From Schizochytrium sp. TIO01 (taxonomy: Eukaryota > Protista > Bigyra: Labyrinthulomycetes): DNA of 64,000 bases. The stretch is from NCBI GenBank assembly GCA_004764695.1, contig SMSO01000035.1, positions 1,178,001 to 1,242,000 of the forward strand, written 5' to 3'. Numbering within the stretch: position 1 is the stretch's first letter; each line of letters opens with the position of its first letter. A program made the translations under genes and the position numbers. The notes beneath the pieces were generated by a model. It was not told where the DNA came from, ran no database searches, and was given only the letters and a program-made list of their open reading frames with translations. Of this stretch, positions 62,875 through 64,000 are shown piece after piece.

Positions 62875-63014
62875 ACTGACTGGAATTTCAATCCGTAACA
62901 CGACTTACTAAGGCTCAGGATTTCCAAATCTTGACAAAATAGGAAAAAAAAAAAGGGTTGTCATCTCGAACATGTGGAACTTCACTTCGTGAATAGGAAA
63001 AAAAAAAGAGTATT

Positions 63015-63086
63015 TGGACACATCGAGGATTGAACTCAAGACTTTCTCAATGCAAATGAGACGTGCTACCACTGCACCATGCGCCC
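63015..63086 (-). tRNA. tRNA-Ala(UGC)
   Basis: Identical 72-nt copy. Confidence 0.97.
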
Positions 63087-63201
63087 ACTGACTGAAAGAT
63101 CATGGTGCTACACCACCTACTAAGTCTCAGCATTCACACATTCTGAATGCAAAAAGTTGTGGAACATGTGGAACGCATACTGCGAATGGGAAAAAAAGAA
63201 T

Positions 63202-63273
63202 TGGACACATCGAGGATTGAACTCAAGACTTTCTCAATGCAAATGAGACGTGCTACCACTGCACCATGCGCCC
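63202..63273 (-). tRNA. tRNA-Ala(UGC)
   Basis: Identical 72-nt copy. Confidence 0.97.
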
Positions 63274-63376
63274 ACTGACTGAAAGATCAAAGTGCTACAC
63301 CGCCTACTAACTCTCAGCATTCACAGATTCTGACTCGAACATTTGGAACATGCTCTTTGAGAGAGCAAAAAATAAA

Positions 63377-63448
63377 TGGACACATCGAGGATTGAACTCA
63401 AGACTTTCTCAATGCAAATGAGACGTGCTACCACTGCACCATGCGCCC
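63377..63448 (-). tRNA. tRNA-Ala(UGC)
   Basis: Identical 72-nt copy. Confidence 0.97.
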
Positions 63449-63603
63449 ACTAATGAAATTTTGTGTGTTTACAGAACGTATTAAATGGCAGGGTAGGAAT
63501 TCTACATCTTGAAAGAAAAAGAAATAAGCGGAACCTTTGGAACTTTGCTCGTACAGTTAAGAAATTTAATAAAACAGTGGAAGGGGAAAAAAGAAACCAT
63601 TTT

Positions 63604-63675
63604 TGGACACATCGAGGATTGAACTCAAGACTTTCTCAATGCAAATGAGACGTGCTACCACTGCACCATGCGCCC
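63604..63675 (-). tRNA. tRNA-Ala(UGC)
   Basis: Identical 72-nt copy. Confidence 0.97.
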
Positions 63676-64000
63676 ACTGATGAGACATAATGATCGAACA
63701 AAACCTTATAACGGCAGTACCAACGAAAGAGAAAGCTTGAAGAGGGCCAATTTGTCGTTTACAGGAGCAAATCGCAGGATCAAGGCCATGGCTCCAATTG
63801 ACCGAGTGACACCTCCACGAGATCATCCATTCCCAATTTTCTTACGCTATGGCAGGCGCTTCTCCTCACCTTTCATGGTAGACTATACAAAGGATTTTTT
63901 TAGACAAACCCTACAAGAATAGTGGCAGCTCTAAAACTCATGTGAGAGCGTTATCGATGTCTCCCATGGTCCAAAATCCAACCCAAATCTTCACAGCTAT

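Noticed and set aside
62803-63675. CRISPR-like array (identical repeats, variable spacers)
   Set aside because: The repeat is a complete 72-nt tRNA-Ala, spacers are over 100 nt and mutually homologous, there are no cas genes, and the context is eukaryotic

Overview
Eukaryotic, intron-poor genomic DNA. Gene content and composition suggest a thraustochytrid (Aurantiochytrium/Schizochytrium-like stramenopile); this is inference. The left half (about 3.8-29.5 kb) is gene-dense. It holds a NIPA-family Mg transporter, PEX3, an atypical mitochondrion-targeted PRPP-synthetase-like protein, NDUFA9, GAPDH, a triple-TM2 protein, a CFAP97-like protein, a WS/DGAT acyltransferase, two hypothetical genes and a probable decayed LINE. 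The right half (29.5-64 kb) has only one recognisable protein gene, a formate/nitrite-transporter (FNT) family channel. That gene sits in a microsatellite-rich domain of about 29 kb, bracketed by seven identical tRNA-Ala(UGC) genes (2 left, 5 right). I found no CRISPR array, no intact mobile element and nothing I can firmly call a new system. The best leads are: (i) TpA-rich, TpG/CpA-poor patches upstream of genes, a RIP-like signature; (ii) the tRNA-bracketed single-gene domain, whose ~20 kb upstream region holds a repeated ~45-bp structured module; (iii) a probably non-catalytic PRS with a bipartite mitochondrial signal; (iv) a GAPDH with a bacterial-looking N-terminal patch. All homology calls come from motif recognition by eye and from memory, not from database searches.
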